Below, in pieces: positions 44,886-54,166 of a DNA stretch of 55,212 nucleotides (the first letter of the stretch is position 1; every line of letters begins with the position of its first letter). The DNA comes from Actinomycetes bacterium (GTDB lineage Bacteria > Actinomycetota > Acidimicrobiia > Acidimicrobiales > Bog-793): positions 1-55,212 of the forward strand of contig JAJZLV010000074.1 in the NCBI GenBank assembly GCA_021803215.1. The letters are read 5' to 3'. Both the position numbers and the translations under genes were made by a program. Under the pieces are notes generated by a model, which ran no database searches, was not told the DNA's origin, and was given only the letters and a program-made list of their open reading frames with translations.

Positions 44886-46565
44886 GTGATCCGAAGAACA
44901 GTCATCTGGGTGGCTGTCCTGGGCATGCTCACGATGGCGACGGCGGCTTTCGCCGTCGGCGCCGGAGCCGCCCGGCTGTCCGCTCACCGCAGGACGACGG
45001 TGATAACCCTCGAAGGGAACACCGGCGTCACATTCACCAGGAATTTCAACCCGTTCGACACCCAGTCCTTCGCCACCTCGATGAGCGTTCGCAGCCTCAG
45101 CTACGAGCCGCTCCTCGAGTTCAACCTGCTCGGCACCCAGATCCATCCCTGGCTCGCCACGGGCTACAAGTTCAGCGACCGGGGCAGGGCCCTCACCTTC
45201 ACGATCAGGAAGGGCGTGCGCTGGAGCGACGGCAAGCCGTTCACGGCGGCGGATGTGGCCTTCACCTTCAACCTCATCAGAGCCAACGCGGCCGCCAACT
45301 ACAGCGGCCTCCCGCCGATGAGCCAGAACGCCACCACCCATGGCAAGCTCCAGGTGACCCTGCACTTCAGACAGCCGGTCTACACGGACCTGCCGGCGAT
45401 CGGGGGCGACACCTTCATCGTGCCGGCCCACATTTGGAAAGGGATCAAGCACCCGGCGACCGCGACCATCGTCAAGCCGATCGGCACCGGCCCCTACGTT
45501 CTGCAGAGCTACAGCCCCCAGATCGTCAAGTACACGGCCAACCGCCGCTACTGGGGCGGCCTGCCGCCGATCTCCCAGGTCGACGTGCCCTCCTACAGCA
45601 CGAACAGCGCGGCCTCGAACGCCCTGTCGACCGGGCAGCTCACGTGGGCCGGGAACGACATCCCGAACATCAAGTCGGTCTTCGTCGACCGGAACCGGCG
45701 GACGAACCACTACTTCTTCGCTCCGGGCAGCACCGTGACGCTGTTCTTCAACGTGGGGGCCGGCGGCCCGCTCGCCAACGCGGCCGTGCGGCGGGCGATC
45801 AGCTTTGCCATCAACCGGGACAAGCTCTCGAGCATCGGTGAGACCGGCTACGAGCGTCCTGCCACCTCCACGAGCGGCCTCATCCTTCCGAACCAGAAGC
45901 AGTACCTGGTGAAGGGCGACACCGGCAACCTGCCGGGCACGCCGGCGACGAAGAAGGTGTACTCGATCCTGAAGGGGGCCGGCTACAAGATCGTCAACGG
46001 CACCTGGTCGAAGAACGGCAAGCAGATCAGCTTCTCGATCGAGGACCCGACTGCCTACAGCGACTACTACGAGGACTCGCAGCTCATCTGCCAGCAGATG
46101 CATGCCGTCCACATCGGCTGCACGGCAGACGGCGTCTCCACCTCGCAGTGGTACACCGACCTGCCGGCCGGCCACTTCCAGGCCGCCATCCACTGGGGTG
46201 CCGGTGGCATCAGCCCCTTCGTCCAGTACCAGAACTGGATGGACTACAGCCTCTCGGCCAAGATCGGCACGGCTGCCACGGCTGACTACGGGCGCTACCA
46301 CACGAAGGCTGCCGAGGCGGCCTTGAAGGCGATGGAGGCCACCAACCCGGCCAACACCAAGGCCATCATGAAGGAGGTCCGGCAGCTCGCCAGCCTGTTC
46401 TCGAACCAGGTGCCCGACGCCCCACTTCTCTACGGCGCCGACTGGGACGAGTACTCGACGGCCCACTTCACCGGCTTCCCGACCCCGGCCAACCCCTACA
46501 TGGACCCCTCGCCGGGCGACCCGCAGCTCCCCTACATCCTCATGCACCTCAAGGTGAAGAAGTAG
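44886..46565 (+). CDS. ABC transporter substrate-binding protein, family 5 (Opp/Dpp-type)
   Basis: The GTG at 44886 lies 6 nt after GGAGGA (44874-44879). A signal peptide (VIWVAVLGMLTMATAAFA) is followed by an SBP_bac_5-like body (FNPF.., LLEFN.., IRKGVRWSDGKPFTAADV). Confidence 0.88.
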   Translation: MIRRTVIWVAVLGMLTMATAAFAVGAGAARLSAHRRTTVITLEGNTGVTFTRNFNPFDTQSFATSMSVRSLSYEPLLEFNLLGTQIHPWLATGYKFSDRGRALTFTIRKGVRWSDGKPFTAADVAFTFNLIRANAAANYSGLPPMSQNATTHGKLQVTLHFRQPVYTDLPAIGGDTFIVPAHIWKGIKHPATATIVKPIGTGPYVLQSYSPQIVKYTANRRYWGGLPPISQVDVPSYSTNSAASNALSTGQLTWAGNDIPNIKSVFVDRNRRTNHYFFAPGSTVTLFFNVGAGGPLANAAVRRAISFAINRDKLSSIGETGYERPATSTSGLILPNQKQYLVKGDTGNLPGTPATKKVYSILKGAGYKIVNGTWSKNGKQISFSIEDPTAYSDYYEDSQLICQQMHAVHIGCTADGVSTSQWYTDLPAGHFQAAIHWGAGGISPFVQYQNWMDYSLSAKIGTAATADYGRYHTKAAEAALKAMEATNPANTKAIMKEVRQLASLFSNQVPDAPLLYGADWDEYSTAHFTGFPTPANPYMDPSPGDPQLPYILMHLKVKK

Positions 46566-46585
46566 CCAGCTGACCAGATGATGAG

Positions 46586-46620
46586 AGCCGGTGCCGGTGG
46601 CGAGGCCGCCGGCACCGGCT
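46586..46620 (+). terminator. 15-bp GC-rich stem-loop between the SBP and beta-glucosidase genes (attenuator/mRNA-stabiliser or weak terminator; no U-tract)
   Basis: AGCCGGTGCCGGTGG-cgagg-CCGCCGGCACCGGCT pairs 15/15 with one G-U, followed by tgcccgg. Confidence 0.4.
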
Positions 46621-46689
46621 TGCCCGGCCGCTTCGAGCAGGCCAAGAAGAGACTTCTCACTCTCACACCGAAGGAGGGCAAGGCTCCAA

Positions 46690-48141
46690 GTGGCCGACGC
46701 CACAAGCAGATCCATCACGTTTCCCGAGGGCTTCCTGTGGGGGACGGCAACAGCCGCGTACCAGATCGAGGGCTCCGTCGCAGCGGACGGACGGGGCCTG
46801 TCGATCTGGGACACCTTCAGCCATACAGCGGGCCGGACCCGCAACGGCGACACGGGCGACGTCGCCTCCGACCACTACCGTCGCCTCGAGGGCGATCTCG
46901 ACCTCCTGGCCGCGCTGGGCGCCCCCGGCTACCGCTTCTCGATCGCCTGGCCCCGCATCCAGCCGACCGGCAAGGGGCCGGCCAACGTCGAGGGCATGGA
47001 CTTCTACCGACGCCTCGTCTCGGGGCTGCGCGATCGCGGCATCGCTCCTGTCGCGACCCTCTACCACTGGGACCTGCCGCAGTCCCTCGAGGACGCCGGC
47101 GGGTGGGTCGAGCGCGACACGGCCGAGCGCTTCGCCGAATACACCGCCATGGTGGCCACGGCTCTCGGCGACGAGGTCGAGCTCTGGATCACCTTGAACG
47201 AGCCCTGGTGCTCGGCCTGGGCCGGCTACGGGGAGGGGAGCCATGCTCCAGGCCAGCGCCAGCTCGGCCGGGCGGTCGCGGCCACCCATCACCTCCTGCT
47301 GGCTCACGGTGCAGCGGTCGGGGCGATCCGAGCCGCGCTCGGCTCGCCGCAGGTCGGCATCACCCTCAACCTCACGACCTTCACGCCGGCGACCGATCAC
47401 CCCGCTGACGTCGCCGCCGCCCGACGGGCCGACGGCAACCAGAACCGGCTCTTCCTCGACCCGATCTTCAACAAGAGCTACCCGGTGGACATGCTCGAGC
47501 ACTACCAGGCCAACCAGCCCGGCTTCGCGGTGCTGCGGGAGGGGGATCTCGACACGATCGGGGCCCGGATCGACTTCCTCGGAGTGAACTACTACTCGCC
47601 GCAGACGGTCGCGTCGCGAGAGCGGTCGCAGGAGGCTCGCGAGGCCGGCTACAACGTGCGGCTCTCCGAGCCGAGCCCGGTGGCCGAGGACCTCGGCGGC
47701 CTGGCGGTGATGACGCCCGCGAGGCCGGTGACCCAGATGGGCTGGGAGGTCGCCTCCGAGGGGCTGACCGCTCTTCTCGTCCGTCTTGCCCGCCACTACA
47801 GCGAGCTGCCGATCTACATCACCGAGAACGGCGCCGCCATCGACGACTACGTCGACACAGAGCGCCGGGTGCACGACCCCGAGCGGATCTCCTACATCGA
47901 CGAGCACCTCCGGGCCGTCCACTCCGCCATCGAGGCCGGCGTCGAGGTGCGGGGATACTTCCTCTGGAGCCTGCTCGACAACTTCGAGTGGGAGCACGGC
48001 TTCTCCAAGCGCTTCGGTCTTGTCTGGGTCGACTACCCGAGCGGGGAACGGCTCTTGAAGGACAGCTTCGAGTGGTTCCGTCGGGTGATCGAGAGGAACG
48101 GCCTGACGGCGTCCGGACGGGAGGTGCCCACCATCGGGTAG
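46690..48141 (+). CDS. GH1 beta-glucosidase
   Basis: The protein contains FPEGFLWGTATAAYQIEG, the acid/base motif TLNEPW and the nucleophile motif YITENGAA. The GTG at 46690 gives the canonical short N-terminus, though the ORF is open from 46591. Confidence 0.92.
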   Translation: MADATSRSITFPEGFLWGTATAAYQIEGSVAADGRGLSIWDTFSHTAGRTRNGDTGDVASDHYRRLEGDLDLLAALGAPGYRFSIAWPRIQPTGKGPANVEGMDFYRRLVSGLRDRGIAPVATLYHWDLPQSLEDAGGWVERDTAERFAEYTAMVATALGDEVELWITLNEPWCSAWAGYGEGSHAPGQRQLGRAVAATHHLLLAHGAAVGAIRAALGSPQVGITLNLTTFTPATDHPADVAAARRADGNQNRLFLDPIFNKSYPVDMLEHYQANQPGFAVLREGDLDTIGARIDFLGVNYYSPQTVASRERSQEAREAGYNVRLSEPSPVAEDLGGLAVMTPARPVTQMGWEVASEGLTALLVRLARHYSELPIYITENGAAIDDYVDTERRVHDPERISYIDEHLRAVHSAIEAGVEVRGYFLWSLLDNFEWEHGFSKRFGLVWVDYPSGERLLKDSFEWFRRVIERNGLTASGREVPTIG

Positions 48142-48195
48142 CTTCCGCTCGCGTGGGACGCCAAGAGACGCCACGGCCCGGCCGAAGCGAGCGCC

Positions 48196-49584
48196 ATGCT
48201 CCCTGAGACCGATGACCTCAGGCTGAGGCGGGCGTTGGCCGATGCCGAGGTGAAGCCGTTCTGGCTCGACAACCCGGCCCGCCCGGCCGCCCGGCCGCCG
48301 CTGGCCGAAGAGGTCGACTGCGACCTCGCCGTGGTCGGCGGCGGCTTCTCCGGCCTTTGGACCGCCCTTTTGGCCAAAGAGCGCCATCCGGGCGCCGAGG
48401 TGGTCCTGGTCGACTCCGACCGGATCGCCTGGGCGGCCACCGGTAGGAACGGCGGCTTCTGCGCCGCCAGCCTCACCCACGGGGAGGGCAACGGCCGGGA
48501 GCGCTTCGGCGCCGAGTACGCCACCTTGGAGCGCCTCGGGCGGGCGAACCTCGACGCCATCGAGAGCTTCACCGCCGCCGAGTCGGTCGACTGCGGTTTC
48601 GAGCGGACCGGCGAGCTCGACGTCGCGACCGAGCCCTACCAGGTCGAAGAGCTGCGAGAGCGCCGCTGCGAGTTCCTCGACCAGCAAGCCGTCCGGGCCG
48701 AGATCGCCTCTCCCACCTATCTGGCCGGCAGCTGGGACCGTGACGGGGTCGCCATCCTCGACCCGGCCCGGCTCGCCTGGGGCATCGCCCGGGTCGCCTC
48801 CGGGAAGGGTGTGAGGATCTTCGAGCACAGTCCCGTCGAGTCGCTCGAGGCCGAGCACGCCAAGCTCACCCTCACGACGCCGGCCGGCCGGCTACGGGCG
48901 GCCAAGGTGGCTCTCGCCACGAGCGCCTTCCCGCCTCTTGTCTCCCGGCTCCGCTACCACATCGTGCCGGTCTACGACTACGTCCTCGTGACCGAGCCGC
49001 TCTCGCCCGACCAGCTGGGGGAGATCGGCTGGTCGAACCGCCAGGGGGTGGGCGACAGCGGGAACCAGTTCCACTACTACCGCCTCACAGAGGACAACAG
49101 GATCCTGTTCGGCGGCTACGACGCCATCTACCACTTCGGCCGGCACGTGAAGGCGGCCTACGACGATCGCCCGAAGACCTTCTTGCGCCTGGCGGCGCAC
49201 TTCTACGAGACCTTTCCCCAGCTGGAGGAGGTGCGCTTCACGCACCGCTGGGGCGGGGCGATAGACACCTCCACCCGCTTTTGCGCCTTCTTCGGCACCG
49301 CCTACGGCTCCCGAGTCGCCTACAGCCTCGGCTTCACCGGGCTCGGGGTGGGAGCGAGCCGGTTCGGCGGAGAGGTGATGCTCGACCTGCTCGGGGGCGC
49401 GGAGACGGAGCTGACGCGGCTGGAGATGGTCTCGAGCCGCCCGCTTCCCTTCCCGCCCGAGCCGCTCGCCTACCTCGCCATCCAGGCGACCCGGCTCTCG
49501 TTGGCGGGAGCCGATCGCAAGCAGGGGCGGCGGAACGCCTGGCTCCGCCTCCTGGACAGGATCGGGGTCGGCTTCGACTCTTGA
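48196..49584 (+). CDS. FAD-dependent oxidoreductase (DAO family, PuuB/amine-oxidoreductase-like)
   Basis: The dinucleotide motif is DLAVVGGGFSGLWTAL, followed by GRNGGF. The protein is about 460 aa. Confidence 0.8.
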   Translation: MLPETDDLRLRRALADAEVKPFWLDNPARPAARPPLAEEVDCDLAVVGGGFSGLWTALLAKERHPGAEVVLVDSDRIAWAATGRNGGFCAASLTHGEGNGRERFGAEYATLERLGRANLDAIESFTAAESVDCGFERTGELDVATEPYQVEELRERRCEFLDQQAVRAEIASPTYLAGSWDRDGVAILDPARLAWGIARVASGKGVRIFEHSPVESLEAEHAKLTLTTPAGRLRAAKVALATSAFPPLVSRLRYHIVPVYDYVLVTEPLSPDQLGEIGWSNRQGVGDSGNQFHYYRLTEDNRILFGGYDAIYHFGRHVKAAYDDRPKTFLRLAAHFYETFPQLEEVRFTHRWGGAIDTSTRFCAFFGTAYGSRVAYSLGFTGLGVGASRFGGEVMLDLLGGAETELTRLEMVSSRPLPFPPEPLAYLAIQATRLSLAGADRKQGRRNAWLRLLDRIGVGFDS

Positions 49585-49971
49585 GCCACCGCCCGGCCGG
49601 CCAGGTCGTGCGGGGGCCCGGCCTACCGGGTCGACGACCGGTCGGGAACAGAGCCCTGGGCGCGCTACGAGCTGGCGCCGCCGCCGAGGCGAGCGGGCGG
49701 CACGCCTCCCGAGCGCCAGCGCCTCCACCTCCGCTCTCACCGGTGCCGGCCGAATTGCGAATTAGCAGTCCGCCTGGACAGCTCCGTTCCGGCCAGCCCT
49801 CCTCGGCCGGGTCCTCGCAGACCGGGCAGGCGGTGTGCTGCCAGGGCCACCCGGCCGGCGGTAGAGGGAGTGCGCCGCCTGCTTGTCGGGGCGGCGGCCC
49901 GCCAAGGGTGCCAGCCGGCGCCTCGGCAGCTCTCAATTCGGCTGGTTTTCCCCCGCTGAACACGTAATTCA

Positions 49972-49986
49972 GTCGTTGTCAACGAC
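49972..49986. promoter_or_regulatory. perfect 7-1-7 palindrome GTCGTTG-T-CAACGAC just upstream of a promoter
   Basis: Read directly from the sequence. It ends 18 nt before the -35 element listed below. Confidence 0.4.
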
Positions 49987-50003
49987 AATCTCAACGGAAT
50001 CCC

Positions 50004-50032
50004 TTGCACCTAGGGGTGCACGCTGTCATAAT
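50004..50032 (+). promoter_or_regulatory. sigma-70-type promoter: -35 TTGCAC, 17-nt spacer, -10 CATAAT
   Basis: TTGCAC is at 50004-50009 and CATAAT at 50027-50032, in the least GC-rich stretch of the region. This implies a ~290-nt leader before the SBP gene. Confidence 0.5.
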
Positions 50033-50327
50033 CCGCACAATGCGAATCCAGCTCCCGCTCGGGTGCGGCTGCTCTTCCTGCGAAGTCCCGGGCAACTGGC
50101 CAGGGCCTTCGGGTGGCAAGGAGAGGTAGCGTGGCACGGCGGGGCCACCTGCCGGTGACCGGAGCGGCCAGTGAGCCGGTCACCGCCGGCTGGGGGGAGT
50201 CGCCCGAAAGCTGCAGAGCCGTCGACGCCCGCTCACGGGTGCCGATCCAAACAGGTCGAAGCTTCGTATATAGCTACGTACGCTCAAGGGGCGGGGGAGA
50301 CCGCCACGGGTGGACTGGGGAGGTCCG

Positions 50328-52202
50328 ATGAACAAATGGTGGCAGCGTCTCTCGGGGGAGGCACCGGTGGCCAGGCACCCCCGTCCTCGCCGGCGCGGGC
50401 TTGTCGCCGGCAGCCTCCTGTGCGTCGCCGGTCTCGGGCTGGCCGCCTGCGCCAGCACCAGCACGCCGACCGCCAAGAGGGTCACAGGCAAGCCGCAGAA
50501 GGGCGGGACGGCGAGCCTGGCGATGGCGACCGGTGACGACTTCAGCTGGATCTTCCCACTCGAGAACCAGGCGAACTACGAGCCCTACGACTTGTGGGTC
50601 GAGAACGAGATGTGGCGGCCGCTCTACTACCCAGGCGGCCCGGGCAAGACAGGCATCGACTACGGCCTCTCCCTCGCCAGCAAGCCCGTCTACAACAAGA
50701 GCGACACGGCGATCACGATCACGCTCAAGAAGGGCTACAAGTGGTCCGACGGCAGCCCCGTCACCGCCAGCGACGTGCAGTTCTACTTCCAGCTCGAGGC
50801 GGCGGGCGCCAAGTCGGGCAAGTACGCCCCCTACGTCTCAGGTGAGCTCCCGAACGACGTCACGAGCATCACCTACCACGGGAGCTACCAGTTCACGATG
50901 CACCTGAACCGGGCCTACAACCCGGTCTGGTTCACGGGCAACCAGCTGACCTGGCTCTACGCCCTTCCCAAGCAGGCCTGGGACAAGACCTGCGCCACCT
51001 GCACCGCCGGCAACGCCGCCGCTACGCCGGCCGGCGCGGCCAAGGTCTACAACTTCCTCTACGGGCAGTCCGAGAAGCTCTCGACCTACTCGACCAACCC
51101 GCTGTGGAAGACGGTCGACGGTCCCTTCGTCATCTCCTCGTTCTCGCCCACGACCTACAAGACGGTGCTGGCGGCGAACAAGAAGTACACCGGGCCCAAC
51201 AAGCCTCACCTGAGCCGGCTGGTCATCTACTCGTTCAGCTCGGACACCGCCGAGCTCGACGCCATCAGGTCCGGCACCATCGACTTCGGCTGGCTGCCCT
51301 TCAGCGACGTGGCGGCGGCCAAGACCTACGAGGCGATGGGCTACACCTTCAAGCCGTGGTACGCCTTTTACAACGAGGTGATCGAGTTCGGCTACACGAG
51401 CAAGCAGTGGGGGCCCCTCGTCCGCCAGCTCTACATCCGCCAGGCGCTCCAGCACCTCGTCAACGAGCAGCTCTTCATAAAGAGCGTCCTGCACGGCTAC
51501 GGGGTGCCGGACTACGGGGTCGCCCCGGCGGTAAAGAACATCTACACGGCTCCCGCCCTCATGCACGATCCCTACCCTTACTCGCTCTCGGCCGCCCAGT
51601 CGCTCCTCTCCTCGCACGGCTGGGTGAAGAACTCCTCTGGCGTGGCCGTCTGCGAGCGACCGGGCACCGCCGCCAACGACTGTGGCGCGGGGATCAAAAA
51701 GGGTCAGAGCCTGAGCATCATGCTCATGTACTCGACCGGTACGCCTTCGTTCCTGGCGGAGGTCGAGGCGCTGGCCGGCGCCGCCAAGAAGGCCGGCATC
51801 AAGATCACGCTCGACGGCCAGACGACGAGCACGATGTTCTCGATCGCCGGCACCTGCCCGCCGGGGCCCTGCAACTGGGGGATGGCCGGCTACGCGGGCT
51901 TCATGTGGGACTACGGTCAGAACACCCTCGTCCCATCGGGCGGTGAGGAATTCGGCAAGGGCAACTACTGGGGTGGCGGTTACTCCTCGGCGCAGGCCGA
52001 CTCCCTCATCCAGGCGACGCACGTCCGAAGCGGGACCCAGGCACTCTACGCAGATGAGAAGTACCTCACCGACCAGGTGGCCTCGCTCTGGCTCCCGCTC
52101 CCGGCGCAGTACCTCCTGCTGGTCAAGAACAACCTGAAAGGCTGGAGCCCGCTCAACCCGTACCTCTTCCCGATGCCGTCACGTTGGTACTACGTGAAGT
52201 GA
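50328..52202 (+). CDS. ABC transporter substrate-binding lipoprotein, family 5 (peptide/nickel/opine-type), Tat-like signal
   Basis: The ATG at 50328 follows GGGGAGG. The signal contains RPRRRGLVAGSLLCVAGLGLAAC, combining twin-Arg with the lipobox LAAC. The SBP_bac_5 body includes ITLKKGYKWSDGSPVTASDV. Confidence 0.88.
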   Translation: MNKWWQRLSGEAPVARHPRPRRRGLVAGSLLCVAGLGLAACASTSTPTAKRVTGKPQKGGTASLAMATGDDFSWIFPLENQANYEPYDLWVENEMWRPLYYPGGPGKTGIDYGLSLASKPVYNKSDTAITITLKKGYKWSDGSPVTASDVQFYFQLEAAGAKSGKYAPYVSGELPNDVTSITYHGSYQFTMHLNRAYNPVWFTGNQLTWLYALPKQAWDKTCATCTAGNAAATPAGAAKVYNFLYGQSEKLSTYSTNPLWKTVDGPFVISSFSPTTYKTVLAANKKYTGPNKPHLSRLVIYSFSSDTAELDAIRSGTIDFGWLPFSDVAAAKTYEAMGYTFKPWYAFYNEVIEFGYTSKQWGPLVRQLYIRQALQHLVNEQLFIKSVLHGYGVPDYGVAPAVKNIYTAPALMHDPYPYSLSAAQSLLSSHGWVKNSSGVAVCERPGTAANDCGAGIKKGQSLSIMLMYSTGTPSFLAEVEALAGAAKKAGIKITLDGQTTSTMFSIAGTCPPGPCNWGMAGYAGFMWDYGQNTLVPSGGEEFGKGNYWGGGYSSAQADSLIQATHVRSGTQALYADEKYLTDQVASLWLPLPAQYLLLVKNNLKGWSPLNPYLFPMPSRWYYVK

Positions 52203-52206
52203 GCGC

Positions 52207-52226
52207 CCCGGCCGGCGGCGGCCGGG
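52207..52226 (+). terminator. 8-bp GC stem-loop immediately after the SBP stop (CCCGGCCG-gcgg-CGGCCGGG), no U-tract
   Basis: Read directly from the sequence. Its placement is analogous to the hairpin after the first SBP gene. Confidence 0.3.
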
Positions 52227-52253
52227 AGCTCGGGACTCCGTGAGCCCGCCGCT

Positions 52254-53195
52254 GTGACCGGTTACATCTTGAGGCGGTTGGTCCAGTCCGTCGTGGTGAC
52301 GGTGCTGGTCTCGATCATCGTCTTCATACTCCTGCACACCTTGCCGGGCGGGCTGGTGCGGGCCCAGCTCGGCCCGCGGGCCAGCCGGCTGGCGGTCCAC
52401 GACCTGGCGGTCCAAGAGGGGCTCACGAAGCCCCTGCCGGCGCAGTACCTCATCTGGGCCTGGCACGCCCTGCAAGGGAACCTCGGCTTTTCCTACAAGG
52501 AGAACCAGAGCGTCGCCTCCCTCCTCGGCGAGTACCTGCCGCGGACCATGCTGCTGGTCGGGGCAGCCATCCTGCTGGCGGTGGCGGTGGCGGTGCCGAT
52601 GGGTCTCTGGCAGGGAATGCGCCGGAACCGCTGGGATGACCACGTCATGACCGGGACGATGATGGCGCTCTACTCGATGCCGAGCTTCTTCCTCGGCATC
52701 ATCCTCATCGTCCTTCTCAACCTCGACCTCCATGCCTTCCCGTCGACGGCGGTCAACTACGGCGGCAGCCCGGGGACAGACGTGGCCGACCTCGTGCTGC
52801 CGGTGCTCACGCTCTGCCTCGGGAACGTCACCTACTTCAGCCGCTATATGCGCTCGGCGACGATCGACAACCTGCTCGAGAACTACGTGCGGACCGCCTA
52901 TGCCAAGGGTGCCTCCTCGCAGCGGGTGCTGATCAAGCACGTCTTCAGGAACTCGATCACGAGCACCGTCACCATGCTCGGGCTCACCTTGCCCTACGTC
53001 ATCTCCGGCTCGCTTGTGATCGAGGCCCTCTTCGACTTTCCCGGTGTCGGGCTCCTCTTCTGGAACGCCGCCCAGGCTCGCGACTACCCCATCCTGCTCG
53101 GCGTCATCCTCGTCGTGACGCTGGCGACCATCCTCGGCAACTTCCTCGCCGACCTCGCCTATGCCGTCATCGACCCGAGGGTCCGCTACACGTGA
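52254..53195 (+). CDS. ABC transporter permease (DppB-like)
   Basis: The N-terminus is MTGYILRRLVQSVVV.. and the C-terminus is ..ADLAYAVIDPRVRY. YVRTAYAKG is the EAA-loop region. Confidence 0.88.
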   Translation: MTGYILRRLVQSVVVTVLVSIIVFILLHTLPGGLVRAQLGPRASRLAVHDLAVQEGLTKPLPAQYLIWAWHALQGNLGFSYKENQSVASLLGEYLPRTMLLVGAAILLAVAVAVPMGLWQGMRRNRWDDHVMTGTMMALYSMPSFFLGIILIVLLNLDLHAFPSTAVNYGGSPGTDVADLVLPVLTLCLGNVTYFSRYMRSATIDNLLENYVRTAYAKGASSQRVLIKHVFRNSITSTVTMLGLTLPYVISGSLVIEALFDFPGVGLLFWNAAQARDYPILLGVILVVTLATILGNFLADLAYAVIDPRVRYT

Positions 53196-54166
53196 GCGAG
53201 ACTCTCCCTCCGGCGGCGGGAACGACCGCCTACCGGGTCGACGAGCTCGAGGTCGTCCCTGTCGGCGATCCGGCCGGCATCGACTCTTTCCAGGTCACCG
53301 ACGGCGGCGACGTCTACCGGAACACCTCTCCTTTGCGCGAGGCCTTCGCCATCTTCGCCGAGAACAAGCTGGCGGTCGCGAGTGTCGTCGTCCTCGTCTT
53401 GCTGGTCGCCTTCTCGTTTCTCGGACCGCTCGTCTACCACTCGGCCCAGGCCTCGAGCATCATCAGGCAGAACCAGCCGCCGAGCGGCAGCTTTCCGCTC
53501 GGGACGACGCCGAACGGGCGAGACGTGCTCGGCCGGCTGATGATCGGCGGCCAGAGCACCCTCGAGGTGGGCTTCGCCGTGGCTGTCTTCGCCACCGTCT
53601 TCGGCCTCGTCTACGGGCTGGTAGCCGGCTACTTCGGCGGGATCGTCGACAGCGTCTTGATGCGGATCGTCGACGCCCTCCTTTCGATCCCCTACCTGTT
53701 CTTCGTCGTGCTGCTCGCCTCGCTCGTCATCCCGAACCTCCTTCTCATCATCGGGGTGATCACCGCGGTCAGCTGGCTCTCGACAGCCCGTTTGGTGCGA
53801 GGCGAGGCCTTGTCGTTGCGGACGCTCGACTACGTCCATGCCTCCGAGGGCTTCGGAGCCAGGCGGTGGTGGGTGCAGTTCCGCCACATCGCTCCGAACC
53901 TTCTCGGCGTCGTGATCGTCAACGGGACCCTCAAGGTGGCAGATGCCGTGCTGATCTTCGCCGCCATCGGGTATCTCGGCATGAGCGTCCCCCCGCCCGC
54001 CACCTCGTGGGGGGTGATGCTCTCGTCTGGCATAACCAATCTCTTCGACGGCTACTGGTGGCAGCTCTGGCCTCCCGGGGCGCTGATCGTCATCACCGTG
54101 CTCTGCGTCGCGGTGCTCGGAGACGGCCTTCGCGACGTCGTGGAACGCCGTCTGCAAAAGCGGTGA
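53192..54166 (+). CDS. ABC transporter permease (DppC-like)
   Basis: Motifs include ..PLGTTPNGRDVLGRL.., YVHASEGFGA and ..GDGLRDVV. The GTG overlaps the upstream stop. Confidence 0.88.
   Translation: MSETLPPAAGTTAYRVDELEVVPVGDPAGIDSFQVTDGGDVYRNTSPLREAFAIFAENKLAVASVVVLVLLVAFSFLGPLVYHSAQASSIIRQNQPPSGSFPLGTTPNGRDVLGRLMIGGQSTLEVGFAVAVFATVFGLVYGLVAGYFGGIVDSVLMRIVDALLSIPYLFFVVLLASLVIPNLLLIIGVITAVSWLSTARLVRGEALSLRTLDYVHASEGFGARRWWVQFRHIAPNLLGVVIVNGTLKVADAVLIFAAIGYLGMSVPPPATSWGVMLSSGITNLFDGYWWQLWPPGALIVITVLCVAVLGDGLRDVVERRLQKR

Noticed and set aside
50039-50327. Cobalamin, NiCo or glycine riboswitch in the leader of the second SBP gene
   Set aside because: GCCACCTGCC superficially recalls the end of a B12 box. 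However, the conserved GCCACUG core, the GGUG..AA.CC junction and the glycine-riboswitch CACCGAAGGGGCAA-type cores are not present. Only generic GC hairpins are seen.
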